In this document: one piece after another, positions 52,317 through 63,628 of the stretch
Position numbering within the stretch: the first letter of the stretch is position 1
How the letters are laid out: every line of letters starts with the position of its first letter
NCBI RefSeq assembly: GCF_006345805.1
Contig: NW_021832222.1
Coordinates: 78,334 to 142,333, forward strand
Reading direction: 5' to 3'
Length of the DNA stretch: 64,000 nt
Source: Octopus sinensis
Lineage: Eukaryota
Translations under genes and position numbers: made by a program
Notes under the pieces: model-generated
Databases searched by the model: none
Seen by the model: only the letters and a program-made list of their open reading frames with translations
Told to the model about the DNA's origin: nothing

Positions 52317-53199
52317 CCACCACCATGTCCGCTGTTCCAAGCGATTCTTCTACAAAGTGAAGGTTTTTGGGGAAATGGACTTTAGGCGAGAAATTATGTG
52401 GAATATTTGACTAATCGATTGTTTGTCGGATTTTTCCCGACTGGCAAATTTTTTGACGGGATCGACAATCGGGTTGGTTTTGGGTGGAGGAGATGCCAGG
52501 TTTGTAGAATAAAAGGGGTATTTCTCACATTGGGGTCATCCGAGAATGCAGGAGGCTAAAATCCCCATTGATATGATTATAGGACAAGTATTGGGGCACT
52601 CATTGGAGGCATTTGGGCGATGAATACAAACCACGAAAAAAAATGTCACGACTGGGAGGTATTTCTCACGGAAAATTTCTTCTCTGTAAAATAAAATAAT
52701 GGATCTTACATTTCCGTATTCCGCGTTTTTCAACGGTTGGTTATCTGTAATTTTTGAGGCATCACACAAAGGCTTTTTTCTGGTCTTCGGATGAGGCCAT
52801 TGATTGATAAAAAGATATTTTCTCAGTCTGGGTTGGTTCCGATGTATTATTTGATCTTATTCTAATTTAGCGTGGATTAAAAAATTGTCTACTTTTGCAG
52901 AATTGTCGAATTTTGGAATGTTTGAAAGTTTTAGGCGTCCTTCGTGCGATGAAAGTGCTATGAGTTATGATATACGCCAAGAATGTATAACTTTTGAAAC
53001 CATTAAGATGAATTGGTGTTACATGACGATGGATTAGACAACATTTCCAGTAAATCTGAACAATAAATTGACGACGTTTCATTTTCAAATGATAACTATA
53101 GTGACCAGTCTTAAGCATTTTAAAAATGATGAATTAGAAACCATAATTTCGGAATTGTTACAGAAGCAGTTCTTAACCTTTTATAGACTGGAAACCACT

Positions 53200-53800
53200 T
53201 TTACACTATAAAATTTTTTGGGCTAATTTCAGTGAATTGGTTCCCAAAATTTTATGGCAAATCATGCATTTGGCTTTATTTCATTATTTGAAGGAATGAA
53301 TTTAGTAAATCCAAATTGAACGTGGGAATCTACCCAAAGACGATGATTCTTCTTATGATAAACCACGCTAATAAAATCGGATTAATTTCAATGTTTTTGA
53401 TTTGTAATTACAAAATTAACGTTAACTTTAATATATTTTTTTCAGAATTCCGGGGGACCACGGTTAACAAACTTAAGTTTAATTTTACTAGTTGAAGTAC
53501 GTAACAAATCATTTAGATGACTATAAGTCAATCTGCTGCGAAACTTTGTTTTAATTCGAACAAGTTTACTAAATGTCGATTCACAGACATATGTTGATCC
53601 AAACAGCGCTAAATTTTTCTTTACATTATTGACTAGATTCGGAAATCGGTTCTTTTGAATTCTCGATTAAAGGCAATTATTGAAATGTTGCTGGACAACT
53701 TTTCAGTTCAACATCATTTTACAAATCAATCAATTCCAGATAGTAAATGCCGGAAACCTCCTCACTTTTCATAATTAATGGAGATGCAAATAATCTTATT
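53200..53800 (-). pseudogene. hAT transposase remnants (dimerisation domain and BED-like N-terminal piece)
   Basis: LALFGSTYVCESTFSKLVRIKTKFRSRLT..HLNDLLR; separate QFGFT..P..(C..C) fragment. Confidence 0.65.
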
Positions 53801-53910
53801 GAATTTACATAAAATTTAAAAATATCAAACTAAAAAATAAAATATTTATAGAAACATAAGCCCCTCAATTAAATCCTATTTCTCCGATAACCAAAAAACT
53901 TAGCATTCTA

Positions 53911-55152
53911 TGTCACCGGCTGGATAATGCCTTGGGTTGGATAATGCCCTCTCAACGTTATTTTAAAAAAATAAATATTTTTTCAAATTAATTTTGATTA
54001 GATTTTTTGATTTTCTTAATTATTTTAGTAATTTATCAAAGTTTTTTTTCAAACTAATCTAACATGTAAATTTGTTTTGGTTATCTAAGTTTTCCAATTT
54101 GAAAAAATAATAAGTATAATCGATCAAATCTATATTTCAGAAATGGTTATACTCAACCTTACCAAAGATGAACTTGAAGTAATCAAAAATATTCAAATAG
54201 ATGTTTTTTATATTGACCGATTTCAGAAATCTGAAAAAAAGATACAGAAAATTAGCAGAATAGTTAATTTTCGAGGAGGAAGGGATAGATTTAAGAAGGT
54301 ATGCTAGCCTTAATAGCGATAATGGATGGGTATTTCTTTTTGTATAAATTGTAGTTGGTTGTGGTTATAGACTCATTTTCTAAATTCGCAGTTGTAAAAC
54401 TTGCCAGGCGGAAATCAGCGGAGGAAATTACTAGAAAATTAAAGAATATTTTTTACATGATTGGTCCCCCATTTATTCTACAGAGAAAGGCAAGTTATTT
54501 GTAAATTTATCTTTAGATTCAATCAATAGATAATAATAATAATAATAGATCAAAAGGTGGATTAGCTCAACTAGTGCCTCAAATGGGTCTTTTGGAAGCT
54601 ATAAAGACTTCTATCAAGAAATCGTTTATAAATATAACATGGCGAAGCATGAAACGACCAAGATGACACCGTTCGAAATTTTTATGCGAGGAAATCATTT
54701 AATCCCGGAGGAAATAAGATCGGCGTTATTGTCACTCGATGGAAATGAAGCGGTTGAATCAAGTCAATCGGAGATAATTGGATCCGATTATTTCGATCTG
54801 AATGACGAATTATCCAAACATGTACACAAAAGTCGTATAAAAAAATGACTCTTATAAAAAATTTTTATATAATAAAAATTTATGAATTTTTAATATTTGT
54901 TTTTAAATGGTAGACCTAAAAAATTGTATAATTATAATACAATACGTTATTGATTCGGAAAAATTGGTGATGCCGGTTTTTGTCGACTCTTGGAAAAATT
55001 CATTCAATCAAAAAATTGATAAAAAATTGAATAAATCGACTTAATTTCATTATCAAGTTATTTTTAATTAATTATCAGGTTATTTTCGTTTGATTTTAAT
55101 AAAATTTTTAAGGGGGTATTATCCAACCCAGGGCATTATCCAGCCTGTGACA
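53911..55152 (+). mobile_element. Degenerate Ginger-like DNA transposon
   Basis: ~42-bp TIRs TGTCAC(C/A)GGCTGGATAATGCC..GGGTTGGATAAT; 5-bp TSD TTCTA; integrase remnants W|LVVVIDSFSKF..IGPP and YNMAKHETTKMTPFEIF. Confidence 0.85.
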
Positions 55153-55231
55153 TTCTATGTCACCGGCTCATTAATAAACCACATTAAAATCTCATTAATA
55201 TCAATTTTTTGACTAGCTAATAAATAGTCAA

Positions 55232-57187
55232 TGTCACCGGCCGTAGGCTGGACGGCGCCGTTCATTGGACACTTTCAAAATCTCATTTATTTCAATTTTG
55301 CTCATATAAAACATACCTTAATTTTTCCAAGTCCCATTTTAAGCCTATTTTCGATGAATTTGGTGACTTTTGAGAAAATAAGAGAGCTAACAAAACCAAC
55401 CACACCGTTTTTTCTACGATTATTGGTTAAAAATCATAATGTTTATTATATTTCGGGCCGGATTTTTTTTAGAATCCAATTATTCCCCTATGCGGCCTTC
55501 GGCCGCGGTGTGTTTGCTTCTTATTTTAAGTTGAAAAACTTTTTATACAATTTTTAAAATTTTATTAACCAAAAATTTAACCTAATCGTTTGAGTCTACT
55601 AATGTGAATGGATTCAATTTCTGTTCCATTTTCATCTTTTAACACACATAAATTATTTTTTTTGTCGACGATATAAAATTTCTCTGAAGATATTTCATCG
55701 TGAAGAGGATATTTCCTATTATTCACATTTGCGTCTCTATCATGTCGGATAATAACAGAATCTCCGACATTTATATCCTCTTCGTCGAATTTCCATTTCC
55801 ATTTTTTAGACATTTTCGCTCCTGCTTTTTCTAAATTTGCTACTACATTATTTCTCTGTTCTAATATTGCAACTGTATTTTCTTCTGTAATGTCTTCGTA
55901 TAGTATTTCTTCATTTATATCGTCTGCAGTAAACATTTCAAGTGATTTAATTTTATTATGAATTGTTTGGTTTTTAGTAATTCTCATAAACACGTCAAAT
56001 GGTTTGTGTTTCGTAGTATCATGTTTTGTTGTGTTATAGTCATACACAATTTTCTTAATAATATCCAAATATCTCCCAAATGTTCCATTCGTAGCACTTG
56101 TAGCCGATATCCATCTTTTTATGGATTGATTGAATCTATATAATTAAATTTTTCTTAGACGACCTTTCTACTTGGCCCTGAATCCAAGGTGCTCTTGGCC
56201 TGCCGAAAACTTGTTTAGTTCCAAACTCCTTGCATACATTCTCTAACAAGGAGTTTCTAATTCCTTTCCATTGTCACTATGCAAAAGAAATGGATGTCCA
56301 ATGGTGCAAAAAATGATTTTATTAATTTTGAAATTTCAATAGCATTTTTTGTCTTTGCAGGTTCAACGACTCCAAATTTTGAAAATGAGTCTATTAATAC
56401 TAACAACTACAATATTAAATCACGAATACCCATGAATACCCATCATTAATATCAGCATATCTTCTTAAGTCAATTAGATCTATGAGATAACGATCTCGTG
56501 GTTCATAAGCTATAATAGGAGTAATAGTTGGTTTAGTGGCCATCAAACGCATCGCCTATATTGCTCATAAATATTAAACCTGGCAAACTTCACACCGGCT
56601 TACAACAGTAAGGATCTCTTTTCTCGTAATCGGATAAATTTCTTCACAGAGTTTGGAATAAAGTTTATCACGACCAAAATGGTTTAAATTGTGTTAGCCT
56701 ACCAAAATTTGATTTTATATTTACCTTAATTGTTTTCATCTTAATTCATTTTGTTCGATAGTGAAGAATCTTAGTTTTTTACCATTTTTCAGAATGAAAA
56801 GCACAGATTGCTCATAAATAAAATTTTTTGAGAGAGAACGTATTTTAAAACGTTTTTTCCTCTGTGTTTCATCTTCTATCAAGCCAGTTTCAATATAATT
56901 AATTAATTTTTCAACAAAGGATTGCAATAGATACAACAAAACCATTCTCACGCGATTCTTAATTTAAACAAAAATTAGGAATATTTAATAAATTATTCCC
57001 GTGCGCGGGAACGCGCAAGCAATCCGTTCGGCTGGGTTAATTTAGTTAACTGACAATTGTTTTGTTTCTGTGAATTATTTAAATAATTTTGATTTTTTAA
57101 TGGAGATTATTATTGTACAAATATTTTTAATTAAAAATATTGCTTAGTGTCCACTCAACGGCGCCGTCCATCCTACGGCCGGTGACA
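55232..57187 (-). mobile_element. Near full-length Ginger2/TDD-like transposon with intron-containing retroviral-type integrase
   Basis: 41-bp TIRs TGTCACCGGCCGTAGG.TGGACGGCGCCGTT...TGGACAC; 5-bp TSD GTCAA; HHCC (H.LNHFG..CEVC), YLIDLIDL, LHSDNGKE, GRPRAPWIQGQVERFN, YNTTKH.TT..KPF. Introns at 56556-56579, 56407-56429 and 56136-56163; at least one frameshift. Confidence 0.9.
57000..57036 (+). mobile_element. Extreme 3' coding fragment of a CRE element nested in the Ginger element
   Basis: 35/37 identical to the reverse complement of 61719-61755; reads (V)RGNAQAIRSAG. Confidence 0.7.
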
Positions 57188-57639
57188 GTCAATACTTAGA
57201 AATAAGCACATTTGTGTAAAACAGAACGGATATCTTCTCTCATTATGTTGTAGAAACTATTCCTCCACATACTACTAAGTCTATCCAGCCAAAATGGTTT
57301 TTATTATGCTCAGACTTCAATAGAGCAGATATCTTAAATTTAAATTCCTTATCTACAACTGTAAAGAACTGTAATTTAAGATCATCCTTCAGTAAAAATG
57401 CTTTACCGTCTTCAAAAACATATTTTTAATCAAAATCGTTGTTTCTTATTCAATAAATTTTCAGCTATTGGTAGATTTTAAATTATCTAAATTTTTTCAA
57501 GTTCCTTGATAGTCAATTCCAACTAACACATCGGATATGTGTTAATAAAAAATAATTAAAAATAAAAAATTATGCTAAAATTCCAACATCTCGTAAAATC
57601 GTAAATATCCCTGCGACAAGATGAAACAACATATTGACA

Positions 57640-57865
57640 TCTCGCTCAGGCCGGCGGTGCATATTGGATGCATGAAAAACCTTCAGGTGCCAACATCTGT
57701 CATAATAAATTGTAAATGCTGAATGAAAAAAATGCGGAAGTACTCTTCACTTGTGGAGAAGTATCAATTCATTCCATTCTCAAGTGAAGCATCCGGTTCC
57801 TTGGATGGAAAGGCAATCAGATTCGTTCAGGAAATCGGGTCTCGGATGTCGACAATCACAATAAT
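57640..57865 (+). mobile_element. CRE RLE-region remnant
   Basis: KMRKYSSLVEKYQFIPFSSEASGSLDGKAIRFVQEIG parallels the KY..L..F.FW.IAVETS.VFG segment of the other copies. Confidence 0.55.
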
Positions 57866-58204
57866 TTGAACAGTGAACTAAATACAAAAAGTAAAATGGT
57901 TTTACCTACAACTGTGATATTTTATTCCAAGTCAGTTTTTTTAATTCTGAAATTAAAATGACACGAATTGACACAATAATGAATACTATTTGTGAAAATG
58001 AAAAAATTATAACGTAAAATCGCATTTGGTATATAGTTAAACCTACTAAAGGGTCAGAGGCAACATAAGATTCTATTATATTATCAGAGAAAAATTTTCT
58101 TAGGGCTACTAATTAATTCTCTTATCAATCAAATAAAGAAGATGAAACCTGACAAGAAAGTGTCTAAGAAACTTGGCAAAAATGGCAGCTGTGTTAAAGA
58201 AACC

Positions 58205-58490
58205 AAACTAGTCTACACTTTTTCCGCAAGACCTCATCATGTGGTGTCTGCAAAAATGAGGTTCGCTGCTCCCTTTGCAATGGCTACTTCCATCTCTACT
58301 GTCTCAAAATCAGTAAGAAAGCTGCCTCGGCAATCACCAGATGGCTTTGCCCTGCCTGTCTGCCTTCTCCCCACCGTTCTGCGTCTATACTCACTAACCA
58401 AACCATGCTCACAACGCTCAGTAACTCATTTGAAAGCGTGGATTCCTTCCTCGTTGAGTTGTCATCAAATAAATATATAGTGGCCAAATA
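58205..58490 (+). mobile_element. PHD-finger fragment, probably the 5' part of another CRE copy
   Basis: In a frame offset from the tracked ORF, 58240-58359 encodes CGVC..RCSLCNGYFHLYCLKISKKAASAITRWLCPAC (C4HC3), similar to RCDRC..FHLSCIKLSKKSAS at the CRE 5' end (~29100-29290); no in-frame ATG. Confidence 0.7.
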
Positions 58491-58609
58491 AGTCATGGAA
58501 CGGCTATCTTTTTTTTAATTTTACATGTTTTATAATGATTATTATTTTTGATAGCTTTTAGAACTCTTTACAATGCAATTTTGTATTATTTTTATTATTA
58601 TTATTAAAC

Positions 58610-59000
58610 CTTCTTCGCAAATGCGAAAAAAATTGAACATCCTACGAACTCTATCAGGAATATGGAAAAACGGGTCGCACCCGGTACTGGCGAATATCTA
58701 TTGCCAGTACTTCGAACCTTGTATTGCCTACGCCTGCGGATTATGGGGTCCGCGGTTATCGTGGTCCAACAGGAGGCGAATCGAGGAGGCCCAACAAAGG
58801 GCCCTCAGATTAACCGATCGTTGGTCACATGATAGCCAACGCCCCGGTCCAGCTTCTCTAAAAGACCTCATCAAGCTGAACCTTGGCCCGTCAGCGAATG
58901 CTCCGCCAAAAACGGCCTGCCGCCCGGTGCGATCTTGTGTGGGCTTGTGGAAAGATCATCGGGCGAAGATGAGGTCCCTGGTCGAGTGCATCGGGATCAC
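58610..59000 (+). pseudogene. LINE RT C-terminal remnant
   Basis: KKLNILRTLSG..IYCQYFEPCIAYACGLWG..IEEAQQRALRL, homologous to the 44246 ORF tail. Confidence 0.6.
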
Positions 59001-59089
59001 GTGACCTTTGTTTTTGACTCTTACCGTGGTCTTCGCAGCTAAATAAAATCAAATATATAAAAATAAAAGCACTCCCGAGAAGTCATAAA

Positions 59090-59340
59090 ACTAATTAAGC
59101 TTCCCTTGTGCCGCGTGAACAACGATACTGTCCCAAAACCTTCTCCAGGTGCCTCTCCTCTTTGCCAATTCTCTCAGGGTCTCATATATGTTGATAATTG
59201 ATATAATAGAATTAGGTTTGCCTCCAAACTTCATCGCCCATGTTCCCAGACCATAGTTTCGACAAGTGCCGGCCAGTGTGATGTTTTCCTCAGTAGTCTT
59301 CGTCTCCTGGAGACAGCAGACACTGACATGGTGATTCCAG
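59090..59340 (-). pseudogene. Possible internally deleted RTE remnant
   Basis: VCCLQETKT (APE-like) close to LRELAKRRGTWRRF (RTE 3'-like); short and degenerate. Confidence 0.4.
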
Positions 59341-59594
59341 AGATTTTTTTTGACCGATTTTTTATTAATGATTTTCGTGAATTTTAACTAAATATCATTA
59401 AAACTGCACTTTAATTAAAAAACGTCAAATTTTATATGGAAAAAGTGATGAGACTATCAAGAAAATATGGAATTTTTCTTTCTTTTTGCTATCTTCTTTA
59501 TTCTTTAAAATGATTGGTAACTTTAATAAAATTGATTAATAGATTGTGATTAGTATAAATACACTTTCATTTTTCACTCGTTATTAAAATTATA

Positions 59595-60813
59595 ATGTCG
59601 ACGAGAAAAGAGCATTTATTGGACATAAAACAACGAGTTGTAACTGCCTACCAAAGAGGTAAAGTTATGGAAAGATTCAAATTGCTGATATTACTAAAAA
59701 GCACTGTTTAGAATATTATTGTCCGATGGAAACAAAACGGAACTATCATTAAAAGACCAAGATCAGGTGCTCCGAAGAAAATAACTCGACGTGCTTGCTC
59801 ATTAATGAAAAGAATAGTCGATACAAAACCAAGAATTACTTGAAAAGAATTGGCAGATAATTTAAAGAATACATGAATATTAGTATCCCTTCCTACAATT
59901 ACTTCTACACTGCGTAATGAAAGTATCAATAAATAAAGACCTCGTTGTGTTCTGTTATTGAAGAAAATATACATTTCTGCACGAATTAAATATGCCAAAT
60001 ATCCTTTAAATAAAGAAAATGAATTCATAAACAATATTTTATAATCGGATGAAACAAAAATACAACTTTTTCGGACTAAACTACATGTCTTTAGTTTGAC
60101 GTAAATCCAATTAGGCGTATAACCAAAAATGCACTATACCCACCATTAAGCATAGGGGAGGAAGTATAATGCTGTGGGCTGTTTTTCAGCAACAGGGGTC
60201 GGTGAATTATTTGTAATAGATGGAATAATAAATTCGCTCAAATATTGCGAAATCCTGAAAGAATGCATGTTTCGTTCGGTTGCTAAATTAAATTTAACAC
60301 AACAATGAACATCTAACATGCCAACTACCCAAAACATAAGTCTAAAATGACTGCTGAATGGTTACTAAGGAACAAAATAATTGTTTTGGAATGGGCAAGT
60401 CAATCACAAAACCTCAATCCAATCAAAAATTTATGGAAAATTAAAAATGAAAGTTGGTTTAAGGAAGCCGAAAAAATTCAGGAATTGAAAACAATTTGCG
60501 ATGAACAATAGGAAATATTACTCAATTTGAATATAAGAAACTTATTTATCCTTACAAAAAAGATTAGAGGCAGTGCAACTAAATATTAATTTGATTTCGT
60601 TCCATGACTTTTTTCCTTTATTAAACTGACTTCTACAAAAAATTGATAATTATTGCAGTATAAATAACTCAAGTTAGTATAGTTTTTTGAACAATTAATC
60701 TTAAATGTTTTATATTTCTAATTTCTTTTTTAAACTACAGTATTTAATATTATTTTCGAGAGTTATTAAATTTAGTCAAATATGCAAGCGTTCCGTGACT
60801 TTTTGCCACACTG
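59595..60813 (+). mobile_element. Degenerate Tc1-family transposon (left end not found)
   Basis: Frameshifted RPRSGAPKKIT, FISDET, KHRGGSIMLW..FSATGVG and NLNPIKNLW motifs; right end ...TTTTTGCCACACTG followed by TA. Confidence 0.75.
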
Positions 60814-60845
60814 TAGATTGGATATGATTTCGGATCCTAGGTAAA

Positions 60846-61136
60846 CCAGGTGGCACAGTGGTAGGTGTCGGGCTAGAGTCACATAGGTTTCCTGTTCGAT
60901 CCTGTCTGCTGTTCACCTGATAAAAGCTTCCACGCATCTACGATGCTTAAATAGTTTGACAAGTGACACCGCCACCAGTGATTCTCACTGCGGAACTAGA
61001 TTGTATAGAAAGAACACAGAAAAAGGATGATTGGCCAGATTGAGGTTGAAATTGAAAATATGCATCTTTGTGCACAAAGCAACTCGTATTGCTACATTTG
61101 GAGGACATCGCGGACATCTCGTTCCTGGTATACACT
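60846..61136 (+). mobile_element. tRNA-headed SINE-like repeat
   Basis: Pol III A box TGGCACAGTGG (60851-60861) and B box GTTCGATCC (60894-60902); body shares a core with 52189-52316; no clean cloverleaf. Confidence 0.5.
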
Positions 61137-61712
61137 ATGAAAACCGATGTTTTCCGAAATTGATTTGCTCAGGCCTAGGAATAAATCGCCTACCAAATAT
61201 AGCAAAATGCTTAATAGTTCTTATTTCCGAATACACCACAAAGCTGTTAAATACTTGCATTTGTATCTGTACAGGAAATTTAGAATTTGGAAGACCATGA
61301 CGCACAAAATTCACACAGTCAAAACTGTTGTGAAAATAATTTTGTCGAAAGAAGAGCGTCAACAATAAACAAGGCAATAATACAAGATTTTGTAAAAAAA
61401 ATTGGAAACTAAACAACGAAATTTATATTTTTAAATGAATTAAGAATTAATAATCTGGTAGCAAAATCAATTGTAGTTAGTTGCAATTTTAGTATTTTTT
61501 AGACAATATAGTTTTTTGAAATTATTTTTTAAAGATATTATAGAATTCAGGAAATTCCGCGATGGATAAATATCTTTCAAAGTGGAATAGTCAAAAAGGA
61601 CGAAATGTAGATTTAATATACAAATGCAAAAATCTAAAATAAAAAAAAAGCGAGCAAAGAACGCAAAAACAGTCCTTTCGCTATATTAGAAAGTTAAAGA
61701 TTTACTCAGGGG

Positions 61713-61835
61713 TTATAGCCCAGCCGAACGGATTGCTTGCGTGTTCCCGTGCACGATTGCGAGTGAGATCCTCTGCCTCAACCAAGAGGACTCGCGAGCA
61801 TCCATCTTCTTCCGAGCAATGAGGATACCGAGGTC
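61713..61835 (-). mobile_element. CRE 3' coding fragment
   Basis: VKDLGILIARKKMDARESSWLRQRISLAIVHGNTQAIRSAGL-stop matches the DPRE..QRISLA..RGN C-terminus of the other copies. Confidence 0.65.
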
Positions 61836-61905
61836 TTTCACTTTATTTTATAAAATAATCGATTATTTAATGAATAAGAGAAATCGTCAAAAAAAAATCT
61901 AGCTA

Positions 61906-63010
61906 TTATGTACTGGCTCGCAGGATTGAAAGACAATTCCCGCGTAAAACAGCCAGCGAGATCCTCTGAATAAGGAATACAAATTCCCTCGGATCTCTGG
62001 AGCGGTAAATGCACAGGCGATCAAGTTTCTTGAGATGAGTAAGCGTCTTGGCCCCAAAAACACAGGAAGTTTCTACGGCAATTGCCCAAAAGCAAAATCG
62101 ATCAAGTAAATCCTCATATTTTGTTACTTTTGCAAATTCGGCCTTCTCGGCCGACGAACCGGGTCGACACCTTAGCATTTAAGTCACCTTGCCGAAAGAG
62201 TCGGTACAGGTGACGTCCCAAACAAGCTGCTTCCAGGATTCAAAAGCAAAAAGCGTACAGCCGTCTGGACGTTTTGCATCTTCAAAAACAAGGCCCGTCG
62301 GTTCCAGAATAGAAGGGAAACCAGCTCTTTCTAGAGCTTTGTAAATTAGATTGTTGATTTCGGTGTGCCGAGGAAATTGGCCGGCGCTCATTCGACAAGA
62401 CAGAGGATTTAGTCCAAAGGCGTCAACTTTATCCCTACAACGACATGGGTGAGGTCTGCAGACAGGAGTCCAAGGCGATTACAGATACCCAGACGGAGTG
62501 AATCCCTATCGAGGACAGTATCCAAAGCGGAGAAGGGAGTACATTCAGCCAGGAGCCTGAGTATGGCTGACAGGCGGAACGGAAACAAGCCAGTTGTGTG
62601 TGGTCGAGGAGTGGTTCCAAGTCAGTTGAAGATCGACGGAAAGAATTTTGTCCCAGTCTCGCTGAGAAAAGACATCGGAAGGGACTTCAGAAATTGCGTT
62701 TCCAAGAGCGAGGGCAAATCAATATCAGAGTCCAACGATGATTTAGTAGTTTTTTCCAGAATCTTTGGACAAGAAGATATGATCCAGACGCCGAAGAAAG
62801 AAAGGCAGGAAGAGCCAAATCAATACTGGAACGGAGGCCCAGACCCCCGTGACTTACAGGAAGTTTAGCCTGACACCAGGCAATATCGTCGAAATGCACA
62901 TTGAGAATTTTCTCCGCAGACCTCCGAACCAAGTAATCATAAGATTCCAGCACTTGGGTGGCATAAAAACAAGGTGAGCTCCTCAGGGTATAAACAATTT
63001 TTGGGATCAA
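61906..63010 (-). mobile_element. 5'-truncated CRE-clade retrotransposon, distinct subfamily
   Basis: QAKLPVSHGGLGLRSS, FPRHTEINNLI, KRPDGCTL..VWDVTC, WAIAVETS..QRISLAVLRGN; frameshifted. Confidence 0.8.
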
Positions 63011-63628
63011 AAGATAGTTCTTGAGGATGTAGAATGAAGGATGAGGATCAATTATTTCAATATTTTTATTTTTACAGATTGACTAGATTTTTAAATGGTA
63101 CTGCTTTTCCGATTTGATTATAGAATATTAATCTTTAAATTTGGTATAGGATGGTTTCCATCGCCTATTCAAAATCATTTAAACTCGGTCATTTAAACAT
63201 ATGTTGATTTATTCCAAAGTAAAACGACAATTATTTCATGATTGAATGTGAAAAAAAGGAATTCATTAGGCAAAAGGATTTCAGATTATAACTAATTAAA
63301 ATTGATTTGACTTATCAGAAAATTGATCGATAGGACTGGACACGTGTCGCGTAAAGACTCCAATGGAATCTTTCGATGCATTCGAATGTTTTGTCTTAAA
63401 ATTATATTATAAAGTAAACACAATTTCACATTAAAAAAATATGATCATTCTCACGAATAATATTTGTTATTTTATCAAGTTGTGTCAAATTGATTTCAGA
63501 ACACTGAAATATAACATTTCGGGAATTAAGATTTCATTTTTTAGTATTATTAGTATTATGATTTTTATTTTCGAAATCTTCTATAAGTTCAGAACAGTTC
63601 AAATTTCTTACGGGTTCTCATGTATTAT

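Noticed and set aside
52330-53130. Possible minus-strand host gene
   Set aside because: Candidate splice phases led to stops; no recognisable domain.
55232-57187. Integrase ORFs as LTR retrotransposon remnants
   Set aside because: Bounded by inverted rather than direct repeats; no gag, protease, RT or PBS seen; the coding region has introns.
61713-61835. GC-rich, hairpin-rich segment repeated at 57000-57036; considered as an HDV-like or twister ribozyme or a U5-like snRNA
   Set aside because: Pairings were incomplete, and the minus strand translates cleanly as the C-terminus of a CRE protein, which explains the repeat.
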